The notes: generated from the letters alone by a model not told the origin. 64,000 nt of DNA from an uncultured cyanobacterium (GCA_963697335.1 CAVONQ010000007.1:162878-226877); one strand, 5' to 3'; shown: positions 15,504 through 32,052, counted from the stretch's first letter. Made by a program: numbers and translations.

Positions 15504-18500
15504 TCAGTCGTCGTCGTAATCCGCGACGCCGAGGGACTCGTAGGTGGGCCGGCTTGGCGTGCTGCGGCGGGGGTTGACGTCCTGCATCAGATCCACCTCT
15601 TCGCCAGCATCGGTGTACACCGCGATGTCGAGGCCCAGGGACTGCAGCTCGCGCATCAGCACCTTGAACGACTCCGGGGTGCCGGGGCGGGGGATCGGCT
15701 TGCCCTTGACGATGGCGTTGAGGGCCTCGTTGCGGCCCTGCATGTCGTCGGACTTGACGGTGAGCAGCTCCTGCAGCGTGTAGGCCGCGCCATAGGCCTC
15801 CAGGGCCCAGACTTCCATCTCGCCGAGGCGCTGACCGCCCTGCTGGGCCTTGCCGCCCAGGGGCTGCTGGGTGACCAGGGAGTAGGGACCGGTGGAGCGG
15901 GCGTGGATCTTGTCGTCCACCAGGTGCACCAGCTTGAGGATGTGGGCATAGCCCACGGTCACCGGCTGGTCGAAAGCCTCACCGCTGCGGCCGTCGATCA
16001 GTTGGATCTTGCCGGGGTTCTCCGGGTCATAGACCCAGTCCTTGCCGGGCTGGCTGGCGGCTTCCTCCAGGAAGGCCTGCACGGTCTGCTTCGATTTCTC
16101 GGCGCCGTGCATCTCATCGAAGGGCACCACCTTGACGCGGCAGTCCAGGTGGGCGGAAGCCCAGCCCATCAGGCACTCGAACACCTGGCCCACGTTCATC
16201 CGGCTGGGCACGCCCAGGGGGTTGAGCACGATGTCGATGGGTGTGCCGTCGGGGAGATAGGGCATGTCCTCGCGGGGGAGGATGCGGCTGATGATGCCCT
16301 TGTTGCCGTGGCGGCCGGCCATCTTGTCGCCCACCTGAATCTTCAGGCGCTTGGCCACATACACCCGCACCACCATGTTGGCCCCCGGTGGCAGTTCGTC
16401 ACCCTGTTCGCGGGTGTAGATGCGCACATCCACCACGCGGCCACGCTCGGTGCTGGGCACCCGCAGGGAGTTGTCACGCACATCGCGAGCCTTCTCACCG
16501 AAGATGGCGCGCAGGAGCTTTTCCTCAGGCGGCTGATCGGATTCTCCCTTGGGAGTCACCTTGCCCACCAGGATGTCGCCGCTTTCGACGAAGGCACCCA
16601 CACGGATGATGCCCATCTCATCGAGATTGCCCAGGCTTTCTTCAGCCACATTGGGGATCTCTCGGGTGATCTCCTCCGGGCCGAGCTTGGTCTGGCGGGC
16701 CTCAATCTCATACTTCTCGATGTGCACCGAGGTGTAGAGATCGTCGGTGACGAGCCGCTCGCTCACGAGGATGGCGTCCTCGTAGTTGTATCCCTCCCAG
16801 GGCATGTAGGCGATCAGCACGTTCTGACCCAGGGCGATTTCACCACCCTCACAGGCCGATCCATTGGCCAGCACCTGGCCTGCGATCACCGGATCTCCCT
16901 GGCGCACGATCGGGCGCTGGTTGAGGCAGGTGTCCTGGTTGGAGCGCTGGTACTTCTGCAGGTAGTGGGTGTGGTCCACGCCGTCTTGATCGCGGATCAC
17001 GATGGCCGTGGCATCCACATAGGTGACCGTGCCATTGACCCGGGTGATCGGCACCATGCCGGAGTCGCGGGCGACCTGGGTCTCCAGGCCCGTGCCCACC
17101 AGGGGGCGCTCCGGACGCAGTAACGGCACGGCCTGACGCTGCATGTTCGAACCCATCAGGGCGCGGTTGGCGTCGTCGTGCTCCAGGAAGGGAATCAGGG
17201 AGGTGGCCACGGAGATCACCTGCACCGGCGAGAGCTGCACGTAATCCACCTGCTCGGGTGGCACCTTTTCAAAATCCTGGCGGTAGCGCACGGGCACCAG
17301 GTCAGCCGTGATGCGGCTGTCGGAGTCGGTCGGCACGTCGCCGGGGGCGACGCGGCACTCGTCCTCCAGATCAGCGGAGAGGTAGATGGGATTACCTTGC
17401 TTGATCACAATCCCCTCCTCCACCTTCCAGAAGGGGGTTTCAATGAAGCCGTATTCGTTCACCCGGGCATGGGTGGCGAGCGAACCGATCAGGCCGGCGT
17501 TGGGGCCCTCCGGGGTTTCGATCGGGCAGATGCGGCCGTAGTGGGAGGGGTGGATGTCGCGCACGGCGAAACCGGCCCGCTCCCGGGTGAGGCCGCCTGG
17601 ACCGAGCGCGCTGATGCGGCGCTTATGGGTGAGCTCAGCCAGGGGGTTGGTCTGATCCATGAACTGGCTCAGCTGGCTGGAGCCGAAGAACTCCTTGATC
17701 GCCGCCACCAGGGGCTTGGGGTTCACCAACTGGGCCGGGGTGAGGGACTCGGTCTCACCGACGGTCATCCGTTCCCTGATGATTCGCTCAAGCCGGTTGA
17801 GGCCCACGCGCACCTGGTTCTGCAGCAACTCGCCCACGGAGCGCACACGACGATTGCCCAGGTGATCGATGTCGTCGATCTCATAGCCGGGCTGGCCCAA
17901 CTGCAGGCCGATCAGGTAATCGAGGGTGGCGAGCAACTCCTCCTTGGTGAGCACCCGCGTCTCATCCGGCACGGTGAGCCGCAGTTTCTTGTTGATCTTG
18001 TAGCGGCCAACCCGGCCGAGGTCGTAACGCTTGGCGTCGAAGAAGCGGGAATCCAGCAGGCTCTGGCCGCCGCTCACGGAGGGCGGTTCACCCGGACGCA
18101 GCTTCTTGTAGAGCTCCAGCAGAGCCTGGTCCTGGGAGGTGATTCCATCCACGCTGGTGGCGGATTCAATCGTCTTCGAGTAGTACTCGGGGTGGCGCAG
18201 CTTATCGAGTACGTCCACATCCGACAGGCCCATGGCCCGCATCAGAACGTGGGCATTGATCTTGCGGGTCTTATCCACCCGCACGTGCATCAGCTCGTGC
18301 TTATCGGTTTCAAACTTCAGCCATGCTCCCCGGTTGGGAATCACACTGGCGTTGTAGGTCTTGCGTCCGGTCTTGGGGTCTGGCTCTTCTTTGAAATAGA
18401 CGCCGGGAGAGCGAACGATCTGATTCACGATCACACGCTCAGCACCATTGATGATGAAGGTGCCGCGCTCGGTCATCAGCGGCAGTTCACCGATGAAAAC

Positions 18501-18800
18501 CTCCTGCTCCTTGATCTCACCGGTCTCTTTGTTGACCAGCCGGCAGGTGACATACATCTGCGAAGCGAAGGTGGCATCGCGCCGCTTGGCTTCTTCCACG
18601 TCATGGCGGGGACGCTTCAGCCGGTATTCACTGCCAATGAAGTGCAGCTCAAGTTTGCCCGTGTAGTCGGTGATTGGCGAAAAGCTCTCAAGCTCTTCGA
18701 TCAGGCCCTTCTCCAGGAACCATTTGAAGCTCGCCCGCTGTACCTCCACGAGATCGGGCAGGTAAGTGACGGTCTTGGCGACCTGGATCGCGCTGCTCAT
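15504..18800 (-). CDS. rpoB: RNA polymerase beta subunit
   Basis: [30 protein letters not shown] and [13 protein letters not shown] motifs. Confidence 0.99.
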   Translation of the reverse strand: MSSAIQVAKTVTYLPDLVEVQRASFKWFLEKGLIEELESFSPITDYTGKLELHFIGSEYRLKRPRHDVEEAKRRDATFASQMYVTCRLVNKETGEIKEQEVFIGELPLMTERGTFIINGAERVIVNQIVRSPGVYFKEEPDPKTGRKTYNASVIPNRGAWLKFETDKHELMHVRVDKTRKINAHVLMRAMGLSDVDVLDKLRHPEYYSKTIESATSVDGITSQDQALLELYKKLRPGEPPSVSGGQSLLDSRFFDAKRYDLGRVGRYKINKKLRLTVPDETRVLTKEELLATLDYLIGLQLGQPGYEIDDIDHLGNRRVRSVGELLQNQVRVGLNRLERIIRERMTVGETESLTPAQLVNPKPLVAAIKEFFGSSQLSQFMDQTNPLAELTHKRRISALGPGGLTRERAGFAVRDIHPSHYGRICPIETPEGPNAGLIGSLATHARVNEYGFIETPFWKVEEGIVIKQGNPIYLSADLEDECRVAPGDVPTDSDSRITADLVPVRYRQDFEKVPPEQVDYVQLSPVQVISVATSLIPFLEHDDANRALMGSNMQRQAVPLLRPERPLVGTGLETQVARDSGMVPITRVNGTVTYVDATAIVIRDQDGVDHTHYLQKYQRSNQDTCLNQRPIVRQGDPVIAGQVLANGSACEGGEIALGQNVLIAYMPWEGYNYEDAILVSERLVTDDLYTSVHIEKYEIEARQTKLGPEEITREIPNVAEESLGNLDEMGIIRVGAFVESGDILVGKVTPKGESDQPPEEKLLRAIFGEKARDVRDNSLRVPSTERGRVVDVRIYTREQGDELPPGANMVVRVYVAKRLKIQVGDKMAGRHGNKGIISRILPREDMPYLPDGTPIDIVLNPLGVPSRMNVGQVFECLMGWASAHLDCRVKVVPFDEMHGAEKSKQTVQAFLEEAASQPGKDWVYDPENPGKIQLIDGRSGEAFDQPVTVGYAHILKLVHLVDDKIHARSTGPYSLVTQQPLGGKAQQGGQRLGEMEVWALEAYGAAYTLQELLTVKSDDMQGRNEALNAIVKGKPIPRPGTPESFKVLMRELQSLGLDIAVYTDAGEEVDLMQDVNPRRSTPSRPTYESLGVADYDDD

Positions 18801-18883
18801 GCGGTGAACCTGCAGGATCGGACATTGAAGCGGTGGCCTGTCGGTCCATCAGCCGGCTGATCGCTCGCGGCCGCCCACGCGAA

Positions 18884-18910
18884 CAGCCGCTCCCCAGAGG
18901 GGAACGGCTG
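18884..18910 (-). promoter_or_regulatory. Stem-loop in the tatD-rpoB intergenic region (possible terminator or leader structure)
   Basis: cagccgctcccc-aga-ggggaacggctg imperfect inverted repeat. Confidence 0.4.
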
Positions 18911-18995
18911 CCCAGGGGGAGGCATCTAACGAGATCGCATCAAGGCTGCAGACGTCGACAACAAGGAGCGCTTTCGCATCCAGGCCAATGAACAA

Positions 18996-19844
18996 TCATA
19001 CACTGTCACCAGGAAGCCCAAACAGCGTCCTGGCATTGGCCGTGCTGGTGCGGGCCACGGCTTCCAGGCTCTCCCCCCGCAGCACCGCCACCCGCTCCGC
19101 CACGGCGGCCACATAGGCCGGTTCATTGCGCTTGCCCCGGCGCGGCACCGGAGCCAGGAAGGGACAGTCGGTTTCCACCAGGTAGCGATCGGCTGGCACG
19201 GCCCGGGCACAGGCGTGGGTGGCCTCGGCCTTCGCAAAGGTGACCACCCCGCTGAAGCTGATGTAAAACCCGAGCTCGAGGAACGCCTCCATCTCCTCGG
19301 GAGTGCCCCCCCAGCAGTGCATCACCCCCCGGGGGCACAGGCCCTCGCCACGGCGCAGGCGCAACTCGGCGAGCATCGGCTCGGCGGCATCGCGGCAGTG
19401 CACGATCACCGGCAGATCCAGCCGGCAGGCCAGGTCGAGCTGGGGCCGCAGCACGGCCAATTGGGCCTCGAGGTTCTGCTCCCGGAACAGGTCCAGGCCC
19501 AGTTCGCCGATGGCCACAACCCTGGGGTCAGCCAGGGCGGCCTGCTCCAGAACAGCCGCGGTGTCGCTGCTCCAGTGCTCGGTATCGAGGGGATGGACCC
19601 CCACCGAGTAACGCAACTCCGGAAGGCGATCGGCGAGGGCCCTAATCGCCGGGATTTCGGCGGGCTCCACGCAGGCATGCACCAGAGACACCACTCCGGC
19701 CTGTCGCCAGCGCGCGATCACGTCATCGAGATCGTCGTCAAACTGGCGAAAGACAATGTGGCAGTGGGAATCCACCAGCCCGCCGTGGAAGAGGGGCTCG
19801 GCTGGATGGGCAGCCTCGCTCTGGGCGGCAGACGTCGGCGTCAT
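18996..19844 (-). CDS. tatD: TatD family hydrolase/DNase
   Basis: DSHCH, GVHP, AIGELGLD, VMHCW and ETDCPFLAP motifs. Confidence 0.92.
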   Translation of the reverse strand: MTPTSAAQSEAAHPAEPLFHGGLVDSHCHIVFRQFDDDLDDVIARWRQAGVVSLVHACVEPAEIPAIRALADRLPELRYSVGVHPLDTEHWSSDTAAVLEQAALADPRVVAIGELGLDLFREQNLEAQLAVLRPQLDLACRLDLPVIVHCRDAAEPMLAELRLRRGEGLCPRGVMHCWGGTPEEMEAFLELGFYISFSGVVTFAKAEATHACARAVPADRYLVETDCPFLAPVPRRGKRNEPAYVAAVAERVAVLRGESLEAVARTSTANARTLFGLPGDSV

Positions 19845-19940
19845 GGGAATGGGGCGTCAGGGCCGTGGCCATGCTGGCTCAGCACCAGCCAGGCTGGTGA
19901 CCTAGGACGACACCTGCCGGATCCCCGCCCGACCGAGGCC

Positions 19941-20264
<324 letters not shown>

Positions 20265-20366
20265 TCAGCGATCGATGATCTTACCTCGGTGCCTTCCAGC
20301 CTCCCCGCCGCGGCCCCTGGGCCGGGGAGGCCTGCTGTGGCCCTCTAGGTTGAGCACCTGCCTCGC

Positions 20367-21686
20367 GTGACTTCCGTGGCCGCCCCCTCCACTGCGCTGC
20401 TGCTCACCTGCCTGCGGGATCCGGCAGCCGCAGCCGAACGCCTCGAGGCCATCGCCGGACGGACCCAGGGCGGGGCCAGCGAACAGGCTGCATCGCTGGT
20501 GGACGAGATCCTTCAACTGGTGCGGAGAGAAGGCGATGCCGCCCTGCTCAGCCTCACGGAGCGCTTTGATGGCGTGCGCCCGGATCCGCTGCGGATCCCG
20601 CCGGAGCGGCTGGCCAGCGCCTGGGACCAGTGCCCGCCTCCCCTGCAGGAGGCCCTGCGCCTGGCCCACGGCCGCATCCTGGATTTTCATCGCCGCCAGG
20701 TGCCGGCAGACCTGAGCGTCACCGGTCCCCATGGCGAAACCCTGGGCCGGCGCTGGCGACCGGTGCAGCGCGCCGGGCTGTACGTGCCTGGCGGCCGGGC
20801 CTCCTACCCGAGCACAGTGCTGATGAACGCCGTGCCTGCCGTGGTGGCGGGGGTGGAGCGGCTGGTGATGGTGACGCCGCCTGGCCCGGGCGGTGAGCCG
20901 AACCCCACCGTCCTGGCCGCAGCCCATCTGGCCGGCATCGACGAGGTCTACCGGGTTGGGGGCGCCCAGGCGATTGCTGCCCTCGCCTACGGCACGGCGT
21001 CCATTCCCCGCGTGGATGTGATCAGCGGCCCCGGCAATCTCTACGTGACTCTGGCCAAGAAGGCGGTGTACGGCCAGGTGGCGATCGATTCCCTGGCCGG
21101 GCCGAGCGAGGTGCTGGTGATCGCCGACCACACCGCCCGGGTGGAGCAGGTGGCCGCCGACCTGTTGGCCCAGGCCGAACATGACCCCCTGGCGGCGGCC
21201 ATCCTGCTCACCACCAGCGAGGAGCTGGCCAGCGCTCTGCCCCAGGCCCTCGAAGCCCAGCTCCGGGGACACCCGCGCGCAGCCATCACCCGCTCGGCCC
21301 TGGAGGACTGGGGCCTGGTGGTGATCTGCCGCGATCTCGGCAGTGCCGCCGCCCTCAGCGATCGCTTTGCCCCGGAACACCTGGAGCTGCTGGTGCAAGA
21401 GCCCCAGGCGCTGGCGGAACAGATCCAGAACGCCGGCGCGATCTTCATGGGGCCCCACAGCCCGGAGGCGGTGGGCGACTACCTGGCCGGGCCGAACCAC
21501 ACCCTGCCCACCTCCGGGACAGCCCGCTTCGCCGGGGCCCTGAGCGTGGAGACGTTCCTGCGTCACACCTCGCTGATCCACTTCAACCGGGCCGCCCTCG
21601 AGGCCACGGGCCAGGCCGTGATCACCCTGGCCGAGAGTGAGGGGTTGCACAGCCACGCCGAGTCGGTGCGGCGGCGGCTGAGCTGA
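20367..21686 (+). CDS. hisD: Histidinol dehydrogenase
   Basis: GLYVPGG, AGPSE, QAEHD, APEHL and GPNHTLPT motifs. Confidence 0.97.
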   Translation: MTSVAAPSTALLLTCLRDPAAAAERLEAIAGRTQGGASEQAASLVDEILQLVRREGDAALLSLTERFDGVRPDPLRIPPERLASAWDQCPPPLQEALRLAHGRILDFHRRQVPADLSVTGPHGETLGRRWRPVQRAGLYVPGGRASYPSTVLMNAVPAVVAGVERLVMVTPPGPGGEPNPTVLAAAHLAGIDEVYRVGGAQAIAALAYGTASIPRVDVISGPGNLYVTLAKKAVYGQVAIDSLAGPSEVLVIADHTARVEQVAADLLAQAEHDPLAAAILLTTSEELASALPQALEAQLRGHPRAAITRSALEDWGLVVICRDLGSAAALSDRFAPEHLELLVQEPQALAEQIQNAGAIFMGPHSPEAVGDYLAGPNHTLPTSGTARFAGALSVETFLRHTSLIHFNRAALEATGQAVITLAESEGLHSHAESVRRRLS

Positions 21687-21719
21687 AAGCCTGCCGAGAT
21701 CGGTGCGGCTGGCAGGAGC

Positions 21720-22433
21720 TCAGCGTTTGTCGAGATCTCTGACGCTGGGGCTGTCCGCCTCGATCTGGCCCACCAGCACCTGATCGGCCAGGTTCACGAA
21801 CAGGCCGTTCTCCAGCACCCCCGGAAGGTTGTTGATCTGCAGCTCCAGCCCCTCGGGATCGGGGATGCCACCGGCAAAGCGCACATCCAGCACCAGGTTG
21901 CCCTGATCCGTCACCACGGGACCGGCCTTGCGCACGGCCATACGCAGCTGGGCTGCACCGCCGAGGGCCTGGAGTTCCGCCTGCACCTGGCGCCAGGCGC
22001 CCGGCAGCACCTCCACCGGCAACAGGAAGTCGAGGTTGAGGGTGTCCACCAGCTTGGTGGCATCCACCACCACCACAAAGCGGTCGGCGCGGCGGGCCAC
22101 CAGCTTCTCCTGCACGTGGCAGGCGCCACCCCCCTTGATCAGCTGGAAGGCCGGATCCACCTCATCGGCTCCGTCAATGGCCAGATCAATGCGGCTGATG
22201 GCATTGAGGCTGGCGAGGGGGATGCCCAGCTCAGCCGCCAGCACCTCGCCCTGGAAGGAGGTGGCCACGCCGGTGATGTCGCTGAGCTCGCCGCTGCGCA
22301 GCCGGGCGCCCAGGGCCTGGATCATCAGCGCGGCGGTGGAGCCCGATCCCAGCCCCACAACCATGCCACTGCGGATCTGGTCGGTGGCCGCCAGGGCCAC
22401 CGCCTGCTTCATCCGGTCCTGCAGCTCGGCCAT
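21720..22433 (-). CDS. rpiA: Ribose-5-phosphate isomerase A
   Basis: [15 protein letters not shown] and KGGG motifs. Confidence 0.97.
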   Translation of the reverse strand: MAELQDRMKQAVALAATDQIRSGMVVGLGSGSTAALMIQALGARLRSGELSDITGVATSFQGEVLAAELGIPLASLNAISRIDLAIDGADEVDPAFQLIKGGGACHVQEKLVARRADRFVVVVDATKLVDTLNLDFLLPVEVLPGAWRQVQAELQALGGAAQLRMAVRKAGPVVTDQGNLVLDVRFAGGIPDPEGLELQINNLPGVLENGLFVNLADQVLVGQIEADSPSVRDLDKR

Positions 22434-22475
22434 CGGCACCAACCCCTCGCGCGCGCCGCGACCGTAGCAGCGGCC

Positions 22476-23690
<1,215 letters not shown>

Positions 23691-24476
23691 CTAGGGAGGG
23701 GACCAGCGCAGCAGGGACTCCTGAAAACCGCCCGGTGCGCCGATCTCCAGCCAGCGTCCGCCGGGGTCGTCAGGGCGGCCCAGGGGGCAAGCCTGCACCG
23801 GTCCGAAGCCGCAGAGGGTGGAAGGGCAACCGAGCAGGGGCACCTCCCGACGGCCGGGCAGGCTGCCGCGCCAGTGCTGGTGGATGTGGCCGAACACCAC
23901 GGCCTCCAGGTCCCTGGCTTGCCCCAGCAGCTGGAGCAGGACCGACCCATCAAGCAGCCCGATGGCATCCATCTCCGGGTCGCCGATCGCCACGGGGGGA
24001 TGGTGCACGGCCACCAGCAGGGGTAGGGGCGAGGCGTTCTCCAGCTGTTGGAGAACGCCCGCCAGCCAGGCAAGCTGCGTGGCTCCGAGCCAACCAGCGG
24101 TGGCTCCGGCCTTGTGGCTGTCGAGCAGGAGCAGCCTTGCCCCAGGCCCCTCCACCAGCGCCGGCGCGATCGGACTGTGGCGACCCAGAACGGAGCGCAG
24201 CAGCTGGGGATGGTCGTGGTTGCCTGGCAGCAAGGCCAGGGGAAGGCCCAGGAACTGCAACGATGTGTGGAGATGGACATACCCCGCCAGGCTTTCGTCC
24301 TGGCAGAGGTCACCGCTGAGCAGCAGCAGGTCCGGCGGGGCCGCGGCCGCCGCCAGGGCTTGCCGCAGCCCGTGGGTCAGGCAGGCGAGGGGCTGGCGAC
24401 CGCGATAGACGCCGCCTGGATCGGCAAGCAGGTGGGGATCGCTCAGCTGCAACACACGCATCCATTCCTCCGGCAC
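23691..24476 (-). CDS. Metallophosphoesterase (CpdA/Icc-like)
   Basis: SDPHL, SGDL, PGNHD, HHPP and FGHIH motifs. Confidence 0.88.
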   Translation of the reverse strand: MPEEWMRVLQLSDPHLLADPGGVYRGRQPLACLTHGLRQALAAAAAPPDLLLLSGDLCQDESLAGYVHLHTSLQFLGLPLALLPGNHDHPQLLRSVLGRHSPIAPALVEGPGARLLLLDSHKAGATAGWLGATQLAWLAGVLQQLENASPLPLLVAVHHPPVAIGDPEMDAIGLLDGSVLLQLLGQARDLEAVVFGHIHQHWRGSLPGRREVPLLGCPSTLCGFGPVQACPLGRPDDPGGRWLEIGAPGGFQESLLRWSPP

Positions 24477-24512
24477 CTGCGCTTAAGTTGCCCGCTGAAT
24501 AGCGAGGCCGCC

Positions 24513-24812
24513 ATGGCAGCAATCCCCCCCGGCACCCGGCAGCGTTGCAGCCTTTGTCAGGTGGAGATCCAAGGCATGGCTGGCGGCGCCGACCTGGTGC
24601 ACTTCAGCCAGGGGGCGCCGGGCACCCGCGCCAAGCTCTGGGCACGGGTCTGCCAGTACCTGCGCAGCGATGAACAGAAAGCCCAGTGCATGAACCTGGA
24701 CGCGGAGCGGCGCGGCACCGTTCAGCGCAGTGACTACTACGCCGAGGCCCCCGTGATCGATCTGGGCGCGCTGGCTTCCCCTTCTGATGGCAGCAAAGAT
24801 CCCCTAGGGTGA
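24513..24812 (+). CDS. Cyanobacterial hypothetical protein (Cys-containing, 99 aa)
   Basis: ATG at 24513: MAAIPPGTRQRCSLC...LWARVCQY...QC. Confidence 0.65.
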   Translation: MAAIPPGTRQRCSLCQVEIQGMAGGADLVHFSQGAPGTRAKLWARVCQYLRSDEQKAQCMNLDAERRGTVQRSDYYAEAPVIDLGALASPSDGSKDPLG

Positions 24813-24873
24813 CAAATCGGCCTTGAGGTCCTTGGGCCAGGCCTGGTTCCGGTCTCCCACGGTCTGTCCTTCG

Positions 24874-25350
24874 GTGCCCCATCCCCTGCTGCCCAAACTC
24901 GAAGCTCTGGCTCGCCAGACCTGCGCGGCCCATGGCTGTGAGCTCAAGGGTGTGGCACTGCTCAGCCATCGGATTCCGATCACGTTGCAGGTGATGGTGC
25001 AGCGGGCTTCAGGCGGCGACATCACACTCGACAACTGTGCCGCCCTGTCCCCAACGCTGGCCGAGGCCCTGGAATCCGAGGGCTTGCTGACCGACGAGGC
25101 CTATGTTCTGGAGGTCAGCAGTCCCGGCGTCAGCGAGGAACTGCACGACGATCGGGACTTCCGCAGCTTCCGCGGTTTCCCGGTGGCCGTGCGCTTCCGC
25201 GATGCCAAGGGATCGGAAAGTCGCTGCGAGGGCCTTCTTCTGGAGCGCACCGAGAGCGAGCTGCAGATCAACCAGCGCGGCCGCATCAAGCGGTTCCCAC
25301 TCGAAGCGGTGATCCAGGTGCTCCTGGTCACGCCGAGCGTGGAGAGCTGA
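24874..25350 (+). CDS. rimP: Ribosome maturation factor RimP
   Basis: ITLDNCAALS and YVLEVSSPG motifs; lies upstream of nusA. Confidence 0.93.
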   Translation: MPHPLLPKLEALARQTCAAHGCELKGVALLSHRIPITLQVMVQRASGGDITLDNCAALSPTLAEALESEGLLTDEAYVLEVSSPGVSEELHDDRDFRSFRGFPVAVRFRDAKGSESRCEGLLLERTESELQINQRGRIKRFPLEAVIQVLLVTPSVES

Positions 25351-25385
25351 GCTCCAACAACTGAATCACCCACAACCGAAAACCC

Positions 25386-26789
25386 ATGGCCCTGGTCTTA
25401 CTTCCCGGCCTGAATAATCTGATCGAGGACATCAGCGAAGAAAAGAAGCTGGCGGCCTCGGTGGTCGACGCGGCCCTGCGAGAAGCCCTGCTCAAAGGCT
25501 ATGAGCGCTATCGCCGCACCCTTTATCTCGGCATCAGCGAAGACCCTTTCGAAGAAGATTACTTCTCCAACTTCGACGTCCAGCTGGATCTCGACGAAGA
25601 AGGCTATCGGGTGCTGGCCTCCAAAATCATTGTGGAGGAAGTGGAAAGCGAAGACCATCAGATTGCCCTTTCTGAGGTGCAGCAGGTCGCCGAAGACGCC
25701 CAGATCGGCGACACCGTGGTACTGGATGTGACCCCGGAGAAGGACGACTTCGGGCGCATGGCCGCAGCCACCACCAAGCAGGTGCTGGCCCAGAAACTGC
25801 GCGACCAGCAACGGCGCATGATCCAGGAGGAATTCGCCGATCTGGAAGACCCGGTGCTGACCTCCCGGGTAATCCGATTTGAGCGCCAGAGTGTGATCAT
25901 GGCCGTGAGCAGTGGCCTCGGGCGCCCGGAGGTGGAAGCCGAACTGCCGCGCCGTGATCAGCTCCCCAACGACAACTACCGCGCCAACGCCACCTTCAAG
26001 GTGTTTCTGAAGGAAGTGAGCGAAGTGGCCAGGCGCGGCCCCCAGCTGTTTGTGAGCCGCTCCAATGCCGGCCTGGTGGTCTATCTCTTCGAAAACGAAG
26101 TGCCCGAGATCCAGGAGGGTTCCGTGCGCATCGTTGCCGTGGCACGGGAAGCCAACCCGCCCAGTCGTTCGGTAGGACCGCGCACCAAAGTGGCGGTGGA
26201 CTCGGTGGAGCGGGAGGTGGACCCCGTGGGTGCCTGCATCGGCGCCCGTGGTTCACGCATTCAGCAGGTGGTGAACGAACTGCGCGGCGAAAAGATCGAT
26301 GTGATCCGCTGGTCCCCCGATCCGGGCCAGTACATCGCCAATTCCCTCAGCCCGGCCCGGGTGGAGGCCGTGCGACTGGTGGATCCCGATGGGCAACACG
26401 CCCACGTGCTGGTTCCCCCCGATCAGCTCAGCCTGGCGATCGGCCGCGAGGGCCAGAACGTTCGCCTGGCGGCCCGGCTCACCGGCTGGAAGATCGACAT
26501 CAAGAATGCCCACGAATACGACCAGGCCGGCGAGGACGCGACCGTGGCCGAGCTGATTGCCCTGCGGGAAGAAGATGAGGCCCTGCAGGCCGAGGCCGAA
26601 GCCCGACTGGCGGTCGAACAGGCCACCCGCGCCGAGGAAGACGCCCGCCTGCGGGAGCTCTACCCCCTGCCGGAGGACGAGGAGGGTGGACCCTATGGCT
26701 ATGGCGGGGGCGATCTGTCCGGGGCCGAGCCAGAAGCTGGGGCAATCGATCCCCAGGCAGCAGAGCCCACAGAGGCCGAAACCCGGTGA
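25386..26789 (+). CDS. nusA: Transcription termination/antitermination factor NusA
   Basis: DPVGACIGARGSRI and LSLAIGREGQNVRLAARLTGW motifs. Confidence 0.98.
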   Translation: MALVLLPGLNNLIEDISEEKKLAASVVDAALREALLKGYERYRRTLYLGISEDPFEEDYFSNFDVQLDLDEEGYRVLASKIIVEEVESEDHQIALSEVQQVAEDAQIGDTVVLDVTPEKDDFGRMAAATTKQVLAQKLRDQQRRMIQEEFADLEDPVLTSRVIRFERQSVIMAVSSGLGRPEVEAELPRRDQLPNDNYRANATFKVFLKEVSEVARRGPQLFVSRSNAGLVVYLFENEVPEIQEGSVRIVAVAREANPPSRSVGPRTKVAVDSVEREVDPVGACIGARGSRIQQVVNELRGEKIDVIRWSPDPGQYIANSLSPARVEAVRLVDPDGQHAHVLVPPDQLSLAIGREGQNVRLAARLTGWKIDIKNAHEYDQAGEDATVAELIALREEDEALQAEAEARLAVEQATRAEEDARLRELYPLPEDEEGGPYGYGGGDLSGAEPEAGAIDPQAAEPTEAETR

Positions 26790-27088
26790 GCCCCCCATCA
26801 GCCCCCGGGGTGGTGCTGCGGCGCTGTGTGGCCTGCCGGGTCCTCGCCGATCGCCGCGGTCTCTGGCGGGTGGTGCGCCTGGCTTCAGGTGGGATCCAGC
26901 TGGATCAGGGGATGGGCCGGTCGGCCTACCTCTGCCCCTGCAGGGACTGCCTGGAGGAAGCCCGGCGGCGACGGCGCCTGCAGCGATCCCTCCGCTGCCA
27001 GGTGGCCGACGCACTGCTCGATCTGCTGGACGAGCGGCTGGATGGGGAGCCTCAGCCCGCCTCAGGGGCAAGCTCTGAGGCAAGATGA
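26786..27088 (+). CDS. ylxR: YlxR/DUF448 RNA-binding protein
   Basis: RRCVACR and GRSAYLC motifs; lies between nusA and infB. Confidence 0.88.
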   Translation: MSPPSAPGVVLRRCVACRVLADRRGLWRVVRLASGGIQLDQGMGRSAYLCPCRDCLEEARRRRRLQRSLRCQVADALLDLLDERLDGEPQPASGASSEAR

Positions 27089-27166
27089 ATCTTGGCTGCA
27101 GCTTGCGTGCAGCCTCGTGCCCACGGCTCCCACGGGAGGCCGGAGCCCGGACCATTGGAGACCTGA

Positions 27167-30535
<3,369 letters not shown>

Positions 30536-30563
30536 GCTCCGCCCACTCCCGAGCCCCCCAGCC

Positions 30564-31241
30564 TTGACCCCCCGCAGCGAGCCCCTGCTTTGGCTTCAGC
30601 TCATCGCCTTGGGGGCCATCCCCTTGGAGCTGCTGCTGCTGCTGCTGCTGCTGGCGGGGGCCGATCCGGGGCCGGCTCCAGCCCTGGAGCGACTACTGGC
30701 CTGGGGTCTTGGCGTTCTGGCCCCCTCGCTGCTGCTCTGGCGCCAGCCGGCCGATTGCTGCTCGCTGCTGCTGGTGCAGGTTCCACTGGCTGGACGCAGC
30801 CCGTTGCAACGGCGCCTCGCTGGCCTGCAGGATGCCCTGGCAGCAAGGCTGCTGGGGATCCTCGGCGCCCTGGGCCTGCTGCCGCTGCTGTGGGCGCTTG
30901 ACGGGCGGGCCGCAGCCGTCTCGGGCTTCTCCCCCCTGGCCCAGAGCAACCGCCTGGTGGTGCTGCTGCTGAGCGTTCCACTGCTGGCGGTGCTGCTGTG
31001 GCAATGGCATCAGCTGATGCAGGCCGCCTGGCTGCTGACCCGAAGCCAGACGCATCTGGAACAGGCGGCACCCCTGAGCGCCGAAGAACTGGCCCAACAG
31101 CGCCTCTGCCTTGGCTTGCCCCTGCTGCTGCTGGCCCCCCTGGTTTCAGTCAGGGTCGGTGGCGGCGGTGCGGTTGCGATCGAACCAGAGCAAGCCCCCA
31201 AACAGGCCGAGGGCGCTGATCTGGATGAGCAGGTCAGCTGA
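30564..31241 (+). CDS. Cyanobacterial low-complexity-tail membrane protein
   Basis: SEPLLWLQL...GADPGP...LLWRQP; several TM segments; directly follows infB. Confidence 0.7.
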   Translation: MTPRSEPLLWLQLIALGAIPLELLLLLLLLAGADPGPAPALERLLAWGLGVLAPSLLLWRQPADCCSLLLVQVPLAGRSPLQRRLAGLQDALAARLLGILGALGLLPLLWALDGRAAAVSGFSPLAQSNRLVVLLLSVPLLAVLLWQWHQLMQAAWLLTRSQTHLEQAAPLSAEELAQQRLCLGLPLLLLAPLVSVRVGGGGAVAIEPEQAPKQAEGADLDEQVS

Positions 31242-31439
31242 GCCCACCTCAGCTCCCGAGGCCCCGCGCATTGCCATGGTGGCCAGCCCCACAGCGCCGG
31301 AGGCCGCCAGAGCCAGCCACAGGGCACGGCGCAGACCGCGCCAGGGGGTGCGCACTTCCTGCATCAACCTGGCCCTGAGCTCTGGATCAATCGGGCGCGG
31401 CTGGGTCCCCATGGGCGGCCTGGATGGTGCGGACCCCAC
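31146..31439 (-). CDS. DUF3493-like membrane protein
   Basis: RARLMQEVRTPWRGLRRALW motif followed by two TM helices; start uncertain. Confidence 0.7.
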   Translation of the reverse strand: MGSAPSRPPMGTQPRPIDPELRARLMQEVRTPWRGLRRALWLALAASGAVGLATMAMRGASGAEVGSADLLIQISALGLFGGLLWFDRNRTAATDPD

Positions 31440-31459
31440 AATGCTAATTTCGATTCGGC

Positions 31460-31531
<72 letters not shown>

Positions 31532-31565
31532 TCAGTCATCCCAAGTGGCCCGAGCGGAAGTCCCA

Positions 31566-31608
31566 CCATTCTCTACATCTTCAGCCGCCCCGAAGATGTA
31601 GAGAATGG
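31566..31608. repeat. Perfect 17-bp inverted repeat downstream of tRNA-Thr
   Basis: ccattctctacatcttc - 9 nt - gaagatgtagagaatgg. Confidence 0.9.
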
Positions 31609-32052
31609 CGCGGAATCAAAGAGTGGGTTTCGAGATTTCAGCTGAACTGCAATAAATCAAACAAATGACCCTGCCTGGATGCTGGTCAATGGGTTGAATG
31701 AAGTGCTATCTCGGGAGTCGATGCGTCAATCGGCAGAACGCAAGGAGGATGGAAAACGCCTGAACACGCTGAACGATTGCTCACCAACGCAGCATGACGC
31801 GGTACATTGGGCCTGCAAGTATGAACAGGGGTAACAGCCCATTGCTCCAGTGATTTGATCACATCACTGGTAGTGGGCCTCAGCGGCCAAGGACATCACT
31901 GCCCAGAAAGCGCCTTGGTTGAACGCCCACCCAGCGCTCCTGTCGATCACCCTCGGCAGGGAAATTGTGCCGTGGTGGTTCTGCCCGATCCGGCGGACTA
32001 GCTACAGACAGCATCTGCCTGCAGCTTCAGCCACCAGTGGAGCTGGCAGCCC

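Noticed and set aside
31146..31241. 96-bp convergent overlap of two membrane-protein genes
   Set aside because: Plausibly simple stop-codon drift in a low-complexity tail; no evidence of functional significance.
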